Part shown: positions 35,918-46,583 of the stretch, piece by piece | Layout of the letters: each line of letters begins with the position of its first letter | How positions within the stretch are numbered: the stretch's first letter is position 1 | Virus record (IMG/VR): IMGVR_UViG_3300037863_000028 | Span: 1-55,325 of that record | From: a virus | Lineage: Duplodnaviria > Caudoviricetes | DNA length: 55,325 bases | Reading direction: 5' to 3' (one strand) | Notes under the pieces: model-generated | Told to the model about the DNA's origin: nothing | What the model saw: the letters and a program-made list of their open reading frames with translations, nothing else | The model's database searches: none | Made by a program: the position numbers and the translations under genes

Positions 35918-38900
35918 TAGGTTAGATAATCTTTCGATGTCATCACGAGCCGCCTTTGGAGAAGCCTTTAAGGCGCGTTCACCTGCTGGTCGCTGTGCTT
36001 CACGCAATGCCTTCATAGAGTTAGCCCTAAAGTTCCTTATCTCAAGTGCTGTACCACGAGCTTCTTTGTTCCAGTCATCTACTGCTGATTCGATATCACG
36101 AGCGCGATCAGCATCTTTTGCCTGCATAGCGTTAATCCAAGCAGTACGGAATCCTATACTAGTATCGCGTTGGTAGTCAGTCATGCGCTTGGCAATCTTA
36201 ATCATGCTGTACTGTTCAGACGCTGCGTTTGGATAGAAGCCCATCAACCTAGAAGCTATTGTGCCAACATGCATATCCTTACTAACAATATACCCACGCT
36301 TGTCCACGATTGCACCGGTCTGGGAGTACGCATAGGCATCGCCAAAGGCACGAGCAATAGTAACTGGCGATTCTCGCACCACACCTAGCGCAGTTACTTG
36401 GTCAGAGAACGGTAGTTTAAGTATGTCACTAAACGTTTTAATAGCTCCAGTCATAGCTGACGCAGCAGGACCAGCGATGTCCATCATCTCACGAGTTATA
36501 TCAGCACCAGATAAAAGCACACCTGTGCCGGGCAGCACATTACCAAGTGACGTACGACTACCAACGTTACCTACCGTTACAGCGTTCATAAAACCAGTTA
36601 GCACAAGTGGTGACATACCCGGAAAGATGTTGTCAATAAACTTAGCAATCTCGTAGCGGATACTGCCAGACTTAAAGCCAAGCTTCTGCGCTAGTGTGTC
36701 TACTAAATCTTCTATGTCCTCGGCAAACGGCAGACCAGTTAATCCGCTTAACAGAAACAAACCAGCTAGCATACCTATCTTGCCGTTGCGTGAGAGGTTA
36801 GCGAACAACTGAATAGATGTTGTGGGGAATACTTTATACATATAAATGAATGACTGCAAGCCTGAGCGCCACGCTGCTGGTCGGTTAAGTACTGAGTACT
36901 CACCCATAGATAAGTTGATACCCTTAACAGCAAACTTACGGGCTTCTTCCTGAGCTTCTGCATCTGATTTACCTGCAGCTTTTTGTCGCTCGTGTTCTAA
37001 ACGATATGATGCTAAGCCAAATGATCGGCGTGATGCTTGCTCGGTTAAGTTAAATGTCAGCATCCAACCATCAATAAACTTCTGCCTAAACGCAGTGGTG
37101 GCATTACCACGGGCACTGCCAACTAGAGCATTAGACTGCGCAGGAATCATAACCCCAGCACGAATCTCCTGAGCAATAAAACTAGCCTCGTGTGCCTTGA
37201 GGCCATACTGAATTTGTAGTGCTTTACTACCAACTACTTTGTCATAGAACTCTGCGCGGTTAGCGGCACGACTTGTTTCGCTAAGTGGGTTCATGCCGAT
37301 AGCACCGACTTGCTTAAGCGCAACGTGAAACTGGGCAAGAGCTGGACCCATACCAAAGCCACCACCAAACCCATTCTTCTCGTTGTAGCTAGCTAAGTAA
37401 GGCATACCGTTGGTATACACACCTACTACGTTGAGCACACCAGTGGCAATAGAAGCACCAAGCTGTACCATACTAGTTGCAGCTCGTATGTTAGACACGA
37501 CCTGCCCAGAACCAAAGTTAGATTCATCTACGTTACGGTTGCCATCTAAGAAGTCAGCAGTACGTGACGCTTCATTGTAGAACTGCATACCACGACGAGA
37601 TCTACCTTCTGGGTTAGTAGTCTGGAACATATACTTGTAGCGATTGTAGTTACGCTTAGCCAACATCTTGGCTTGTCTCGTAGCATTAGGGTCTGCTGCT
37701 GCTGCATCGGCTGTTGTCTTAAGACGCTCTAGTAATTCGGGATCACCGTTCCATAGCTTCTGTGACTTTGCCATACCTAAGTTAAGCAACTCACTTAGTA
37801 CCGGGCGCAGTTCTGTCTTGGCAATAGTAGATGCGCGACTCTCGATGTGTCGTGATATAGCAGTAATGCCCTCACGTCTAAACCCTTTGACAAAGGCACG
37901 TTGCAAGCGGTTACGTGCTGCACTGTTCTGTCTTGTAAGCGCAGTAACAATTGTCTCCATTTTCTTTGGGGTAATGGGGAGGTCAAACTGTCGTAACCCA
38001 CGTATAAACTCGTTGAGGTTTAGCTCTGGCGGTGCAGCGACAGCATCAAGTGCCACTTCACTAACAACTTTAAGATTGACACTACGTGTTTTAAACGTGC
38101 CATCATTTTCATCATAGATTTCTAGCTCGTATGAGCCATCATTAAATACTCCGTTCATAAGCTTGGCAGCTTCTAGTGACTCACTCTCCTTCTCAAACTG
38201 TGAATACACTAACTGGTTACGGCTAGACTCCTTTAGCTTTACTGGCTTGCCTGTCTTAGCATCAGTAGCTTCCACACGAATCTGGTACCCGCCTTCGCGT
38301 AGGATAGGAACATAGCCCGTAGCTATAGAACGACGCGTGAAAAGATCTGCGTCTGTGTTTAACATATCTGACAACACTAACTGCTTGACACGATTCTGTA
38401 TTATGAATTGGTTATCTTCTGGCAACCGCAGTCTAGTTTTAAAGTCGTTGAGTTGCGCAGCAAAGTCGTCAGCTATTCTACCTTTGAAGTATTTAGCAAC
38501 TAGGGCATCAGTACGGTCTGTGTCTTTACCTAATATGGCAGCGTTAAAGTCTATTAAGAACTGGTTGCCAGCGTTCATTGATTCTTCGTTAAGTACGGGC
38601 TTACCACGATCATCAAGCGATATACTTTCTGAGTACATCTTCTTGTACGTGTTGATAGCCTTACGCAACATAGCTGTATCGTCAGCGGTAAGTTTCTTAT
38701 CTGCTGTTAGTTCCCCAAGCTCGGAGAGAGTAATGTCTTGCTCAGCTAGAACACTCATGTACTTGGCACGTAACAAACGCATCTCAACTTCTCTCATAGC
38801 GTCACGCAGTTTGTTGTACCCAGTCCATTCAATACTATCTTTAGTTAAGTTGGGTATACCAGCTACATTAACTGTCTGTAATTTAAACGTGCCGTCATCT

Positions 38901-41900
38901 TGGATTACTTCTTCGTCATAGGAAAAGCCTTTGCTCATTTGCTCAAACGTAATGCGACCTTCTTGGTCTAGGCGGTCAATCTCAGGTATGTTATCTACCA
39001 ATACACCATCCACAAAACTCATCAGTGGTGCACGACTACGCTCAGACTGCTGTACGAATCTAGAACTGGCAAGACGCTGTGCTTCATACAGCATATTGTT
39101 TAAGCCCTCTAGCTGTTGCTCAGTAATGCCAGCGAACTTGTTAAAGATAGCCTTGTTCAACACAGAGCGCAGCATCTCGTTCATCTCAACCTTAAGACTC
39201 ATAGAACGGTTACGTGCCCCTTCGATTAAGTTCTCCATAGCGTTAGCGCCGGGGTTGTCTAGTGATCTAAAGTTAGACAGGCTTAAGAACTTAGACTTAA
39301 ACTTATCGTAAGACGACGCACTATCTACGCCCTTACCCCTGAGCCACTCCCAACCGCTCTCAAAGTTATCTGGCAGCCCACCTACTTTGTCTAACATAAG
39401 TGCAGCAGCGATGGCATCTTTGTAGGTGTTGCCCTTTCTTGCGAAGCGCCCATTGTTTATGGGGGCTGTACCGTACTCGATGTCGTACAGATTGTTAATC
39501 ACTTGGCTAGTTTGGAACGGCACACCAGTGTTGCCATCGCGCACGTACTTGCGTGCCTGACTAACGAAGTATCTAATTGACTCATCGCCAAACTGCACGC
39601 CTAGCTTATTAAGCGCACCTTTAATAGCGTTCCATATACGTGATACAACACTCGTATCTAACTGAGCTGAGAAGTCTGATAAGTATTCCTCAACTGCTTC
39701 AGCCTTACCCATGCCTTCAGTAGCCATAGCTACATCAACATCATCACGAATAGATGGGTTAGTGTCGTAGATAGTTTCCATCAAGCTGTCAAACTTAGAC
39801 TGGCTAATGATTCCTCGTAGTCCGAAGTGACCTAGTGTTTCGTGAGCCAGTACAAAGTTAAGCTGCTGCTCGGTGGCTACACGGCTAGAGAATATAATTA
39901 CGTTGCCATCACCAAACGAAAAGCCAACAGCATTTACGCTATCGAAGTCGCCTTCTGTGCGTGAGTCAGCAGCACGTTGGTGCAAGCGTGAGTTCTTAGC
40001 TTTCATATCAACTTGGTCTTTGTATACGTAGACCTTTGGCTTACGCGCAAGCTTACTTAAGAACTTGTTAACAGATAAGCGGATACGCCCTACATCCATA
40101 GGCTTGCGGATAACTGACCCATCACTACGTGACGACCTGCCGTCATCAAACTTATCACCTTGCCATATGTTATCGAACGTACTTATATCATCCACTTCTT
40201 CTTCAAAATTGTTCTCATCATTCTCATATGCAGTGATCTGTTCTTCTGTAAATTTTTGCTTGGTAATGCGTAGCTTTCTATTGACACGAATGGCGTTAAC
40301 CTTACCATCAGTGAAGTAAGCGCTAAGTGGTGTACCAGTCTGGTCTACGAAATCTTCTAAGTCACTGGGTAAGTTGTCCCACATGGCTTTAATATCAGCA
40401 ACCTTAGTATCACGTGCAGAGTTTGTAAGTACTGACTCATTTAAATTAACTGCACGAATAGCATCAGATAAACGTGTAGCATCATTAGCAGCAGTAGTTT
40501 CACTACGACCAACAGCTAGACTACCAGCTTCTTTTTCTACTAGATCTGGGTTCGCTTTAACTACTGCTTTGCGTAGGTCAGCAGTCAAGTTGGACAAACT
40601 AATTTTTCCATCGCGTACTAGCTGCACTGCCTCATCTATTTTTATGTTGCCAATAGTCGCAGTTAATCGTGGCCACAGTGCGTTGTCCGTGAGGTATTTG
40701 TATATGGGTTTATACGCACCAGCAGGTCCTTTCTCACGTACTTCTATACTACCTTTTAGATTTATGTCTGTTACTAGAAAATCGTTTAGCGATATTCTTT
40801 GTGGGTCAGTAAATGTTGTGCCCGTAATAAAGTCACGGGCTTTAGTGTTTGCTTCAGTATTGTTGCTATCCACATCAACGAACGCGTGGTATGCAACAGT
40901 TTCTATAGAACTTTTAAAGTCAGCCTCATTAGTAGCAGACTCAGCTGCAGCAATCTCATCACTAATCACCTCGATAGAAGGCTTATCGGTTTCAGTAACA
41001 ACTGCAGCTGCGCGTTTACGCTTAGCTGGTTTTGTATTAGTAGCAGGTTGAGTTAACTGGCCAACCATAGAGGCTATACCGCCGGATACAACTGGTGCAT
41101 CCTTAGCTACTGGTTCTTGTTCTACCACTGGCTCCGCACGAGCTTGAACCCCACCACGTGTAAGTACTTGCGTACCTTTCTTAGGCGCAGCCTTGACCCC
41201 AGTAGCTTTTAATTTAGCAGCACCTGTAGCAGTAGGCTTATTGTCTGCAGGTGGTGTAGACTTACCTTTCTTTAATGCAGCAGCTTTTGGCGCAACGACT
41301 TTGGGTGCAGGCTTAGGAGCAGCTTTAGGAGCAGCTTTAGGAGCAGCTTTACCTTTCTTAACCAGCTTTGTTTTTCCACTTGGTACATCTGTAAGCTGGT
41401 CTGCTAATGTTAAGAACTCCGTGAACGCGTTGTCGGCTTTTAGCCCTAGTATGTTTGCTATGAACTCAGCAAACTTACCCATAGCAGAAGTATTTTCGTA
41501 TGGTATTTTCGACAAGCGTAGTTGAAACTCAGGATTACTAAACCCTTCTGCTACAAATTCTTCTAGCGTAGCTGTGCCGTACATATCCAAGACCATTTCT
41601 TGCGTACGTACATAGTCAAATAGATTACGTAGTCTATCTACTGGTACACGTTGGGCAGGTAAAGGGTTTTCAATAGCGTCTAGAGTTAGAGCGTGTGCAA
41701 TCTCATGGGCAACAGTGCTTTCTTCAGTACCTAGGGTAGCGCCCTTGTAGCTCTCTATTGTTGAGACACGTATAGTACTAGTATTTCTGTCGTACATTGC
41801 GGGGATAGCCAATGTTTCCGTTGCCATCCGCACATAAGCTCTGTACTCACTTTCTCGCGCACCAATATTATTTTCTAGTTGGTCTAGCAGTTTATAGAAC

Positions 41901-44743
41901 GATTCTTTTGTTTTGCCAACTTGATCGACTAATCTAATACCAGCTGTTTGTGGCGTATTGTTTGGCCGAACCTGCGTTACTTCTTCTTGAAACTTATACA
42001 GCGATGGTAGGCCATCCCCCTTGTGCTTGTCTACAGTAGACTTAGCTTCACGCGCTAAGTCTAACAGGGCTAAGTTTACTCTAGCAATATTAGTTGACTG
42101 AGAGTACTTCTCGCTAATAGTTCCTTTTTCCCACGCGTTTTCGTCACTAACAATCTTTAAGTCAGTAAGGGCTTTAGCTTTGTTGGCTAAGTACGAGATT
42201 ATTTTGTTGTTACTTTTTGATAGTATATCTACAGCTTGGTTAATATCACCAGCGATAATTGCTTTTGACAACTTTGGTACGCTACGCCCACTTAGCTTGT
42301 ACTTACCTATGCCAGATGCACCGATCCCCCTAGCAAACGCATCGCGTTCTTTTGTATCTATCTTAGTTTTTTCTTGTGTCCCTTCATCAAGTACACTGCC
42401 ACCGCCTACAGATCCCATTAGTGTTGCAAAGCCTTGCTGGTCTGCAGGTGGTGTATCTTTAGGCGTATCAACTTTAGTTTTATCCTCGTCAGCTTTTTTA
42501 AGTTTATCTACACCGCGTTTATTCTTCTCAGTTTTAGCTGCTGTTTTTTTAGCGGCAGCATTTATGTCGGCTGGGGTAACTACTTTAGTTGTAGCTGGAG
42601 CCTGAGTCGCACCCTTCTCAGCAACTGGATTCGATACAGGACCGCGCTTGCCTGCTGCTTTGAGGGCTGCCACAGTGGGCTTACCTTCTTTAGTAAACAA
42701 AGATAGTTGAGTTTGCTTACGGGTATCAATAGCAGGTACAGCAGTTGTTGCGCCCATAGGCATAGTACCAACACCACGACGTAGACCTTCACCACGCGAT
42801 GGGCGTGGAGCTTGCGCGGGTGTGAACAGTGGCAACTGCACTGGCGATACTGGCCGTACTGGAACCATCGGTCTTTGAACTGGTGGCTGTGGTAGCGATG
42901 CACGTTGTTGAGCTACACGATCTTGCTCTGCAATCTGAAGCTGACGCTGATTCTCCATCAGGTTCATCTGTTGTTCGCGCTCTTGCTGTTGCTGTATTGC
43001 TTGTTGCTGCACTGCTTGTTGTGATTGCTGTCTACTTATGACAGCTTGCATCTGCTGAGCCATTAGCGTATTAGGTATTGGCTGCTGGTCTGTAAACCCT
43101 ATGCCGCTAGGAGCAGGTGGTGCAAACTGAAATGGAAGTTGCTGAGGTGCTGACTGCTCAGCTGGCGCAAACATATCAAGCTGTTGTTGCTCTGGTTCTG
43201 CTTGCGTAATTGGAGACACTAGCGTTTGCCGCTGTGTAATTTCTTGCTGGGCTAGAGGCTGACCAACTACTCCTATATCAAGCACACCCTGACCTACAGT
43301 ACCTTCTGGGGCTGCGAACTCAGTAGGGCCAATAGATGTCATGCCACCTGTAAGTGGCAGAGTACCTTGCTCTTGTGTCGCAGTATTACTCTTATCAAGC
43401 AGATTAGTTTCTACATCAGTCTGTGCCCCTTGTGTACCAACTGGTTTACCACGGCGAAGATTGGCAAGTCCACCTAACGAACCACTTACTGCAACACCTG
43501 CAGCGAACGAGTTAATGTAGTCGGTAATAGCCTCATCAGACAGCAAGTCTTGGCCCGAAGCCCCACGAACAATACCTTCTTGTATTACCTCAGTACCACC
43601 TCCAGCTACACCACCAACTGCTGCACCAGTAGCACCACGACGTAGCAGATTAGCACCACGGCGTAACGTACTGGCACCTTTAGGTGCTACAGCACCAGTA
43701 AAGCCTTTGAGTAACCGGCTACCAATAACGAAGTCAGAGAATGTTTCTGCAACAGCATACGGTACGGCAGCAGCCAGTGCTCCCATACGTGAAGCGAAAT
43801 CCTCTGGCTGTACACCTTGCTCGCGCATAGCACCATAGACATCGGCTGCGCCCATTGCGTAGTTAGATAGGCCAGACGCTGCAACAGCACCAGTTATACC
43901 AGCTGCTTTTTTAAGAGCACTAAACCCTACGTCTTTAATATTAGGAGCTAGACCCTTGGCTTTGTCAGCGGCAAACTTCTTTGCCTGACTCATCACTTGG
44001 TCTTTAAATTCTTTCTTTAGAAATGTGCCACCAATAAGACCTAATGCACCACCAGCAGGACCAGCGACAGCTGTACCAGCAGCAGCACCAGCAAGAGCCA
44101 CACCCACTGACTCAATTAAGTTAGGACCTTGTTGACCTAGAGCAGCTACAAACCACTCACCAAAATCTCCAGCTGACTTAACATCAGTGAACTGCCTTTG
44201 GTATGGTGCAGACTTGGCTAGATCTTCTTCTTGTTGCTTGACAATGCTAGCGCCTGTTTCTTCAGCGCCTGCTAACTGCAAACCATAGCCAGCCATCTGC
44301 TGCAGGTTATCAACCCCAATGCCAAAGTTCTTAGAAAACAGTTTCATTATGCCGGGGTTGCGGATACCTTCCGTAATACTGCTAAGAGTATCTGGCGACA
44401 CAGTAACCCAGTCACCTTCTTTAGGGCGACCAACACTTGGCTTGCCTAGCAGTTCCTCAGCTTGTAAGATCTTAGCGTCATCATCTTCAGCAAACTGCAA
44501 GCCATTTGCATAGAACTCTTTGAGAGATGGGCTGTAAAGAATCTCATTACCCTGCTGCTTAAGTGGCGCAGGTCTACCACTTGGTATCTGGCTCATTGCA
44601 GCCTGACCCATTGCCTGCATACTCTGCATACCTTGCTGCGCTATAGCTTCGCCATCTGCTGCGGTGTCTAAACCATAAGGGTTTGTTAATGGGCTACTCG
44701 AACTAGAGTATGGATTTAGGGGATCTACTAACTGAGTAGCCAT
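35903..44743 (-). CDS. giant (2946 aa) internal virion / large polyvalent protein with two zincin-like metallopeptidase motifs
   Basis: VAHEIAH...EEFVAE and LAHETLGH...EEYLS; Gly/Ala hydrophobic N-terminal segments; C-terminal helical region; last gene of the ejection cluster. Confidence 0.75.
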   Translation of the reverse strand: MATQLVDPLNPYSSSSSPLTNPYGLDTAADGEAIAQQGMQSMQAMGQAAMSQIPSGRPAPLKQQGNEILYSPSLKEFYANGLQFAEDDDAKILQAEELLGKPSVGRPKEGDWVTVSPDTLSSITEGIRNPGIMKLFSKNFGIGVDNLQQMAGYGLQLAGAEETGASIVKQQEEDLAKSAPYQRQFTDVKSAGDFGEWFVAALGQQGPNLIESVGVALAGAAAGTAVAGPAGGALGLIGGTFLKKEFKDQVMSQAKKFAADKAKGLAPNIKDVGFSALKKAAGITGAVAASGLSNYAMGAADVYGAMREQGVQPEDFASRMGALAAAVPYAVAETFSDFVIGSRLLKGFTGAVAPKGASTLRRGANLLRRGATGAAVGGVAGGGTEVIQEGIVRGASGQDLLSDEAITDYINSFAAGVAVSGSLGGLANLRRGKPVGTQGAQTDVETNLLDKSNTATQEQGTLPLTGGMTSIGPTEFAAPEGTVGQGVLDIGVVGQPLAQQEITQRQTLVSPITQAEPEQQQLDMFAPAEQSAPQQLPFQFAPPAPSGIGFTDQQPIPNTLMAQQMQAVISRQQSQQAVQQQAIQQQQEREQQMNLMENQRQLQIAEQDRVAQQRASLPQPPVQRPMVPVRPVSPVQLPLFTPAQAPRPSRGEGLRRGVGTMPMGATTAVPAIDTRKQTQLSLFTKEGKPTVAALKAAGKRGPVSNPVAEKGATQAPATTKVVTPADINAAAKKTAAKTEKNKRGVDKLKKADEDKTKVDTPKDTPPADQQGFATLMGSVGGGSVLDEGTQEKTKIDTKERDAFARGIGASGIGKYKLSGRSVPKLSKAIIAGDINQAVDILSKSNNKIISYLANKAKALTDLKIVSDENAWEKGTISEKYSQSTNIARVNLALLDLAREAKSTVDKHKGDGLPSLYKFQEEVTQVRPNNTPQTAGIRLVDQVGKTKESFYKLLDQLENNIGARESEYRAYVRMATETLAIPAMYDRNTSTIRVSTIESYKGATLGTEESTVAHEIAHALTLDAIENPLPAQRVPVDRLRNLFDYVRTQEMVLDMYGTATLEEFVAEGFSNPEFQLRLSKIPYENTSAMGKFAEFIANILGLKADNAFTEFLTLADQLTDVPSGKTKLVKKGKAAPKAAPKAAPKPAPKVVAPKAAALKKGKSTPPADNKPTATGAAKLKATGVKAAPKKGTQVLTRGGVQARAEPVVEQEPVAKDAPVVSGGIASMVGQLTQPATNTKPAKRKRAAAVVTETDKPSIEVISDEIAAAESATNEADFKSSIETVAYHAFVDVDSNNTEANTKARDFITGTTFTDPQRISLNDFLVTDINLKGSIEVREKGPAGAYKPIYKYLTDNALWPRLTATIGNIKIDEAVQLVRDGKISLSNLTADLRKAVVKANPDLVEKEAGSLAVGRSETTAANDATRLSDAIRAVNLNESVLTNSARDTKVADIKAMWDNLPSDLEDFVDQTGTPLSAYFTDGKVNAIRVNRKLRITKQKFTEEQITAYENDENNFEEEVDDISTFDNIWQGDKFDDGRSSRSDGSVIRKPMDVGRIRLSVNKFLSKLARKPKVYVYKDQVDMKAKNSRLHQRAADSRTEGDFDSVNAVGFSFGDGNVIIFSSRVATEQQLNFVLAHETLGHFGLRGIISQSKFDSLMETIYDTNPSIRDDVDVAMATEGMGKAEAVEEYLSDFSAQLDTSVVSRIWNAIKGALNKLGVQFGDESIRYFVSQARKYVRDGNTGVPFQTSQVINNLYDIEYGTAPINNGRFARKGNTYKDAIAAALMLDKVGGLPDNFESGWEWLRGKGVDSASSYDKFKSKFLSLSNFRSLDNPGANAMENLIEGARNRSMSLKVEMNEMLRSVLNKAIFNKFAGITEQQLEGLNNMLYEAQRLASSRFVQQSERSRAPLMSFVDGVLVDNIPEIDRLDQEGRITFEQMSKGFSYDEEVIQDDGTFKLQTVNVAGIPNLTKDSIEWTGYNKLRDAMREVEMRLLRAKYMSVLAEQDITLSELGELTADKKLTADDTAMLRKAINTYKKMYSESISLDDRGKPVLNEESMNAGNQFLIDFNAAILGKDTDRTDALVAKYFKGRIADDFAAQLNDFKTRLRLPEDNQFIIQNRVKQLVLSDMLNTDADLFTRRSIATGYVPILREGGYQIRVEATDAKTGKPVKLKESSRNQLVYSQFEKESESLEAAKLMNGVFNDGSYELEIYDENDGTFKTRSVNLKVVSEVALDAVAAPPELNLNEFIRGLRQFDLPITPKKMETIVTALTRQNSAARNRLQRAFVKGFRREGITAISRHIESRASTIAKTELRPVLSELLNLGMAKSQKLWNGDPELLERLKTTADAAAADPNATRQAKMLAKRNYNRYKYMFQTTNPEGRSRRGMQFYNEASRTADFLDGNRNVDESNFGSGQVVSNIRAATSMVQLGASIATGVLNVVGVYTNGMPYLASYNEKNGFGGGFGMGPALAQFHVALKQVGAIGMNPLSETSRAANRAEFYDKVVGSKALQIQYGLKAHEASFIAQEIRAGVMIPAQSNALVGSARGNATTAFRQKFIDGWMLTFNLTEQASRRSFGLASYRLEHERQKAAGKSDAEAQEEARKFAVKGINLSMGEYSVLNRPAAWRSGLQSFIYMYKVFPTTSIQLFANLSRNGKIGMLAGLFLLSGLTGLPFAEDIEDLVDTLAQKLGFKSGSIRYEIAKFIDNIFPGMSPLVLTGFMNAVTVGNVGSRTSLGNVLPGTGVLLSGADITREMMDIAGPAASAMTGAIKTFSDILKLPFSDQVTALGVVRESPVTIARAFGDAYAYSQTGAIVDKRGYIVSKDMHVGTIASRLMGFYPNAASEQYSMIKIAKRMTDYQRDTSIGFRTAWINAMQAKDADRARDIESAVDDWNKEARGTALEIRNFRANSMKALREAQRPAGERALKASPKAARDDIERLSNLLSYQ

Positions 44744-44759
44744 TATTTACCTTCACTGG

Positions 44760-46571
44760 TTATTGGTTTAGTCCTGCTATAGGTCGAGCTGTCGGAGTAC
44801 TGACCTCTTTACCACGTATATTAGTTGTAGCTCGTGGGTCTACTATAAAAGTTTGCCCATCAGTTTGTAGGTAAGCTACACCATTAGATGTATCAACTGT
44901 TAGTTTACCACCTTGTCTCTCAGCTTCTTTCTCTAATACTCTAAACTTACCATCTACTATAGCTTTCTGCAGATTGCCCTGAGCTTTAACAAGTTCGACC
45001 TGAATACTGTTACGTAACTCAAGGTTGGCCGCCATCATCTTAGCTGCCTGTGTAGAACTTAACTGTACTTTTTGTGCACGATACTCAGCGTCTACCCGTG
45101 TCTTTACTATGTCTGCCAGCTTGTCAGTTGACAATGCAGTTTGTGTAACTTTACCGCTAACATATAGATCGTACGTACCATCGCCTCTACTAAGAGCTTG
45201 GTGTGGTGTACCAGTAAACTGCGATAGAACAGCCATAGCCCTACCAGCATCACCAGTAGTGGACAACTCTGCTACACCTTGGTCAGCTTGTGCTCTGTAA
45301 AGACCTAAGTCAATGGCAGCTACCTGCGCTACAGATTCGTTAAGTTCTTTTGACATGCCCAAGCGGTAGTAGTCCTGTGCACGAGCGACTGTAAGCTGAC
45401 GCAGTGTAACTGCTGCCTGTATGTTGGGGTTGCCACCACCACTAACTTGATTCTGTCCATACATAACACCAGATGTAGCTGGCGCAGCAACGGCAGCAGC
45501 CACGTTATCGGCAGTCTTAGCTGGCTTGTCTCCAATAAACGGTTTGTCATTGCCAACTATCTTAAAGTTCTTAATGATATAGTCTCGTGTTTCTTCTGGC
45601 AAATTAGCTGGATCTCGCCCAGATTGTATCCACTTGTCTGTAGCACCGGGACCCATGTTGTACGCTGCCAGCATAAGTATTTCATTACCGCCATACCGTT
45701 GGCTCATTGCATCGGTGTACATATTTCCAAACCCACCGCCTACACTAGGTATTTTTAACAGCCGCTCGGCTTCTTCCTTTGTACTACCGTTAACTTGTAC
45801 ACCTTGCTGGCGCGCAAAATCAAATACATTTGGTAGATTAAACCCGGGGTCCATAGCTGTAGCTGGCATAACTTGCATTAAACCAGTGGCGCCCTTAGGA
45901 CTAACAGCATTAGGGTTATTACTACTCTCAGTCGTGCGCATAGACGCTTTCATTTCTGGGCGAGCGCCAGTAGCAGGAGCAGCAGGTAATTTACCAGTGG
46001 CTAGTAGTTCTTTAAGCTGTGCATTGTCTAATTTTTCATACTGGTCCATGATGTTCTTAGCATCATTTCTCTGTGCGTCTGTTTGGTTTGCGAACAAACC
46101 AGTTAGCCCTGCGTTACTACGATACTTAGCATTAACCTGATCTAACAGTGCAACACGTTCTTTACGCTGGTCTAAATACCTACTGACAGGCGAACCAGTC
46201 TGTGGTTGCATCTGTGCGCCAGACTGTGGTTGTACTGGAGGACTTACTTCTACTACCCTAACATCTGTAGTTGCAGGTTGTTGTTGCATAGGCGGCGCTT
46301 GAGGTGCAGTTGGCGCAGGTACAGGGATACCTAATGAGCCAACGTAGTTCTGCCCACCTTGACCGCCTGCGAACTGCATAACGTCTGGTATCTTTAACCC
46401 ACCTGATTGCTGAGCGCGTTGCGCTGCCTGCTGACGTATAGCGTCCTCACGGTTCTGTGCTTCAACCGCTAACTGATCTTGCCTAAGTGTTTGCTGTCTA
46501 GCCTGCGCTTGATCCATGCCTGCGCCAACTGCACCTGCACCACTGGCTAATTGCCCAAATGATAAACCCAT
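44760..46571 (-). CDS. ejection protein with SLT lytic transglycosylase domain
   Basis: TESSNNPNAVSPKGATGLMQVMPATA, AAYNMGPG, PEETRDY. Confidence 0.88.
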   Translation of the reverse strand: MGLSFGQLASGAGAVGAGMDQAQARQQTLRQDQLAVEAQNREDAIRQQAAQRAQQSGGLKIPDVMQFAGGQGGQNYVGSLGIPVPAPTAPQAPPMQQQPATTDVRVVEVSPPVQPQSGAQMQPQTGSPVSRYLDQRKERVALLDQVNAKYRSNAGLTGLFANQTDAQRNDAKNIMDQYEKLDNAQLKELLATGKLPAAPATGARPEMKASMRTTESSNNPNAVSPKGATGLMQVMPATAMDPGFNLPNVFDFARQQGVQVNGSTKEEAERLLKIPSVGGGFGNMYTDAMSQRYGGNEILMLAAYNMGPGATDKWIQSGRDPANLPEETRDYIIKNFKIVGNDKPFIGDKPAKTADNVAAAVAAPATSGVMYGQNQVSGGGNPNIQAAVTLRQLTVARAQDYYRLGMSKELNESVAQVAAIDLGLYRAQADQGVAELSTTGDAGRAMAVLSQFTGTPHQALSRGDGTYDLYVSGKVTQTALSTDKLADIVKTRVDAEYRAQKVQLSSTQAAKMMAANLELRNSIQVELVKAQGNLQKAIVDGKFRVLEKEAERQGGKLTVDTSNGVAYLQTDGQTFIVDPRATTNIRGKEVSTPTARPIAGLNQ

Positions 46572-46583
46572 GATGTACTCCTA

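Noticed and set aside
35903-44743. Giant protein as an N4-like virion RNA polymerase using the hairpins as promoters
   Set aside because: No T7-like or multisubunit RNA polymerase catalytic motifs recognised; zincin motifs point to a polyvalent protein.
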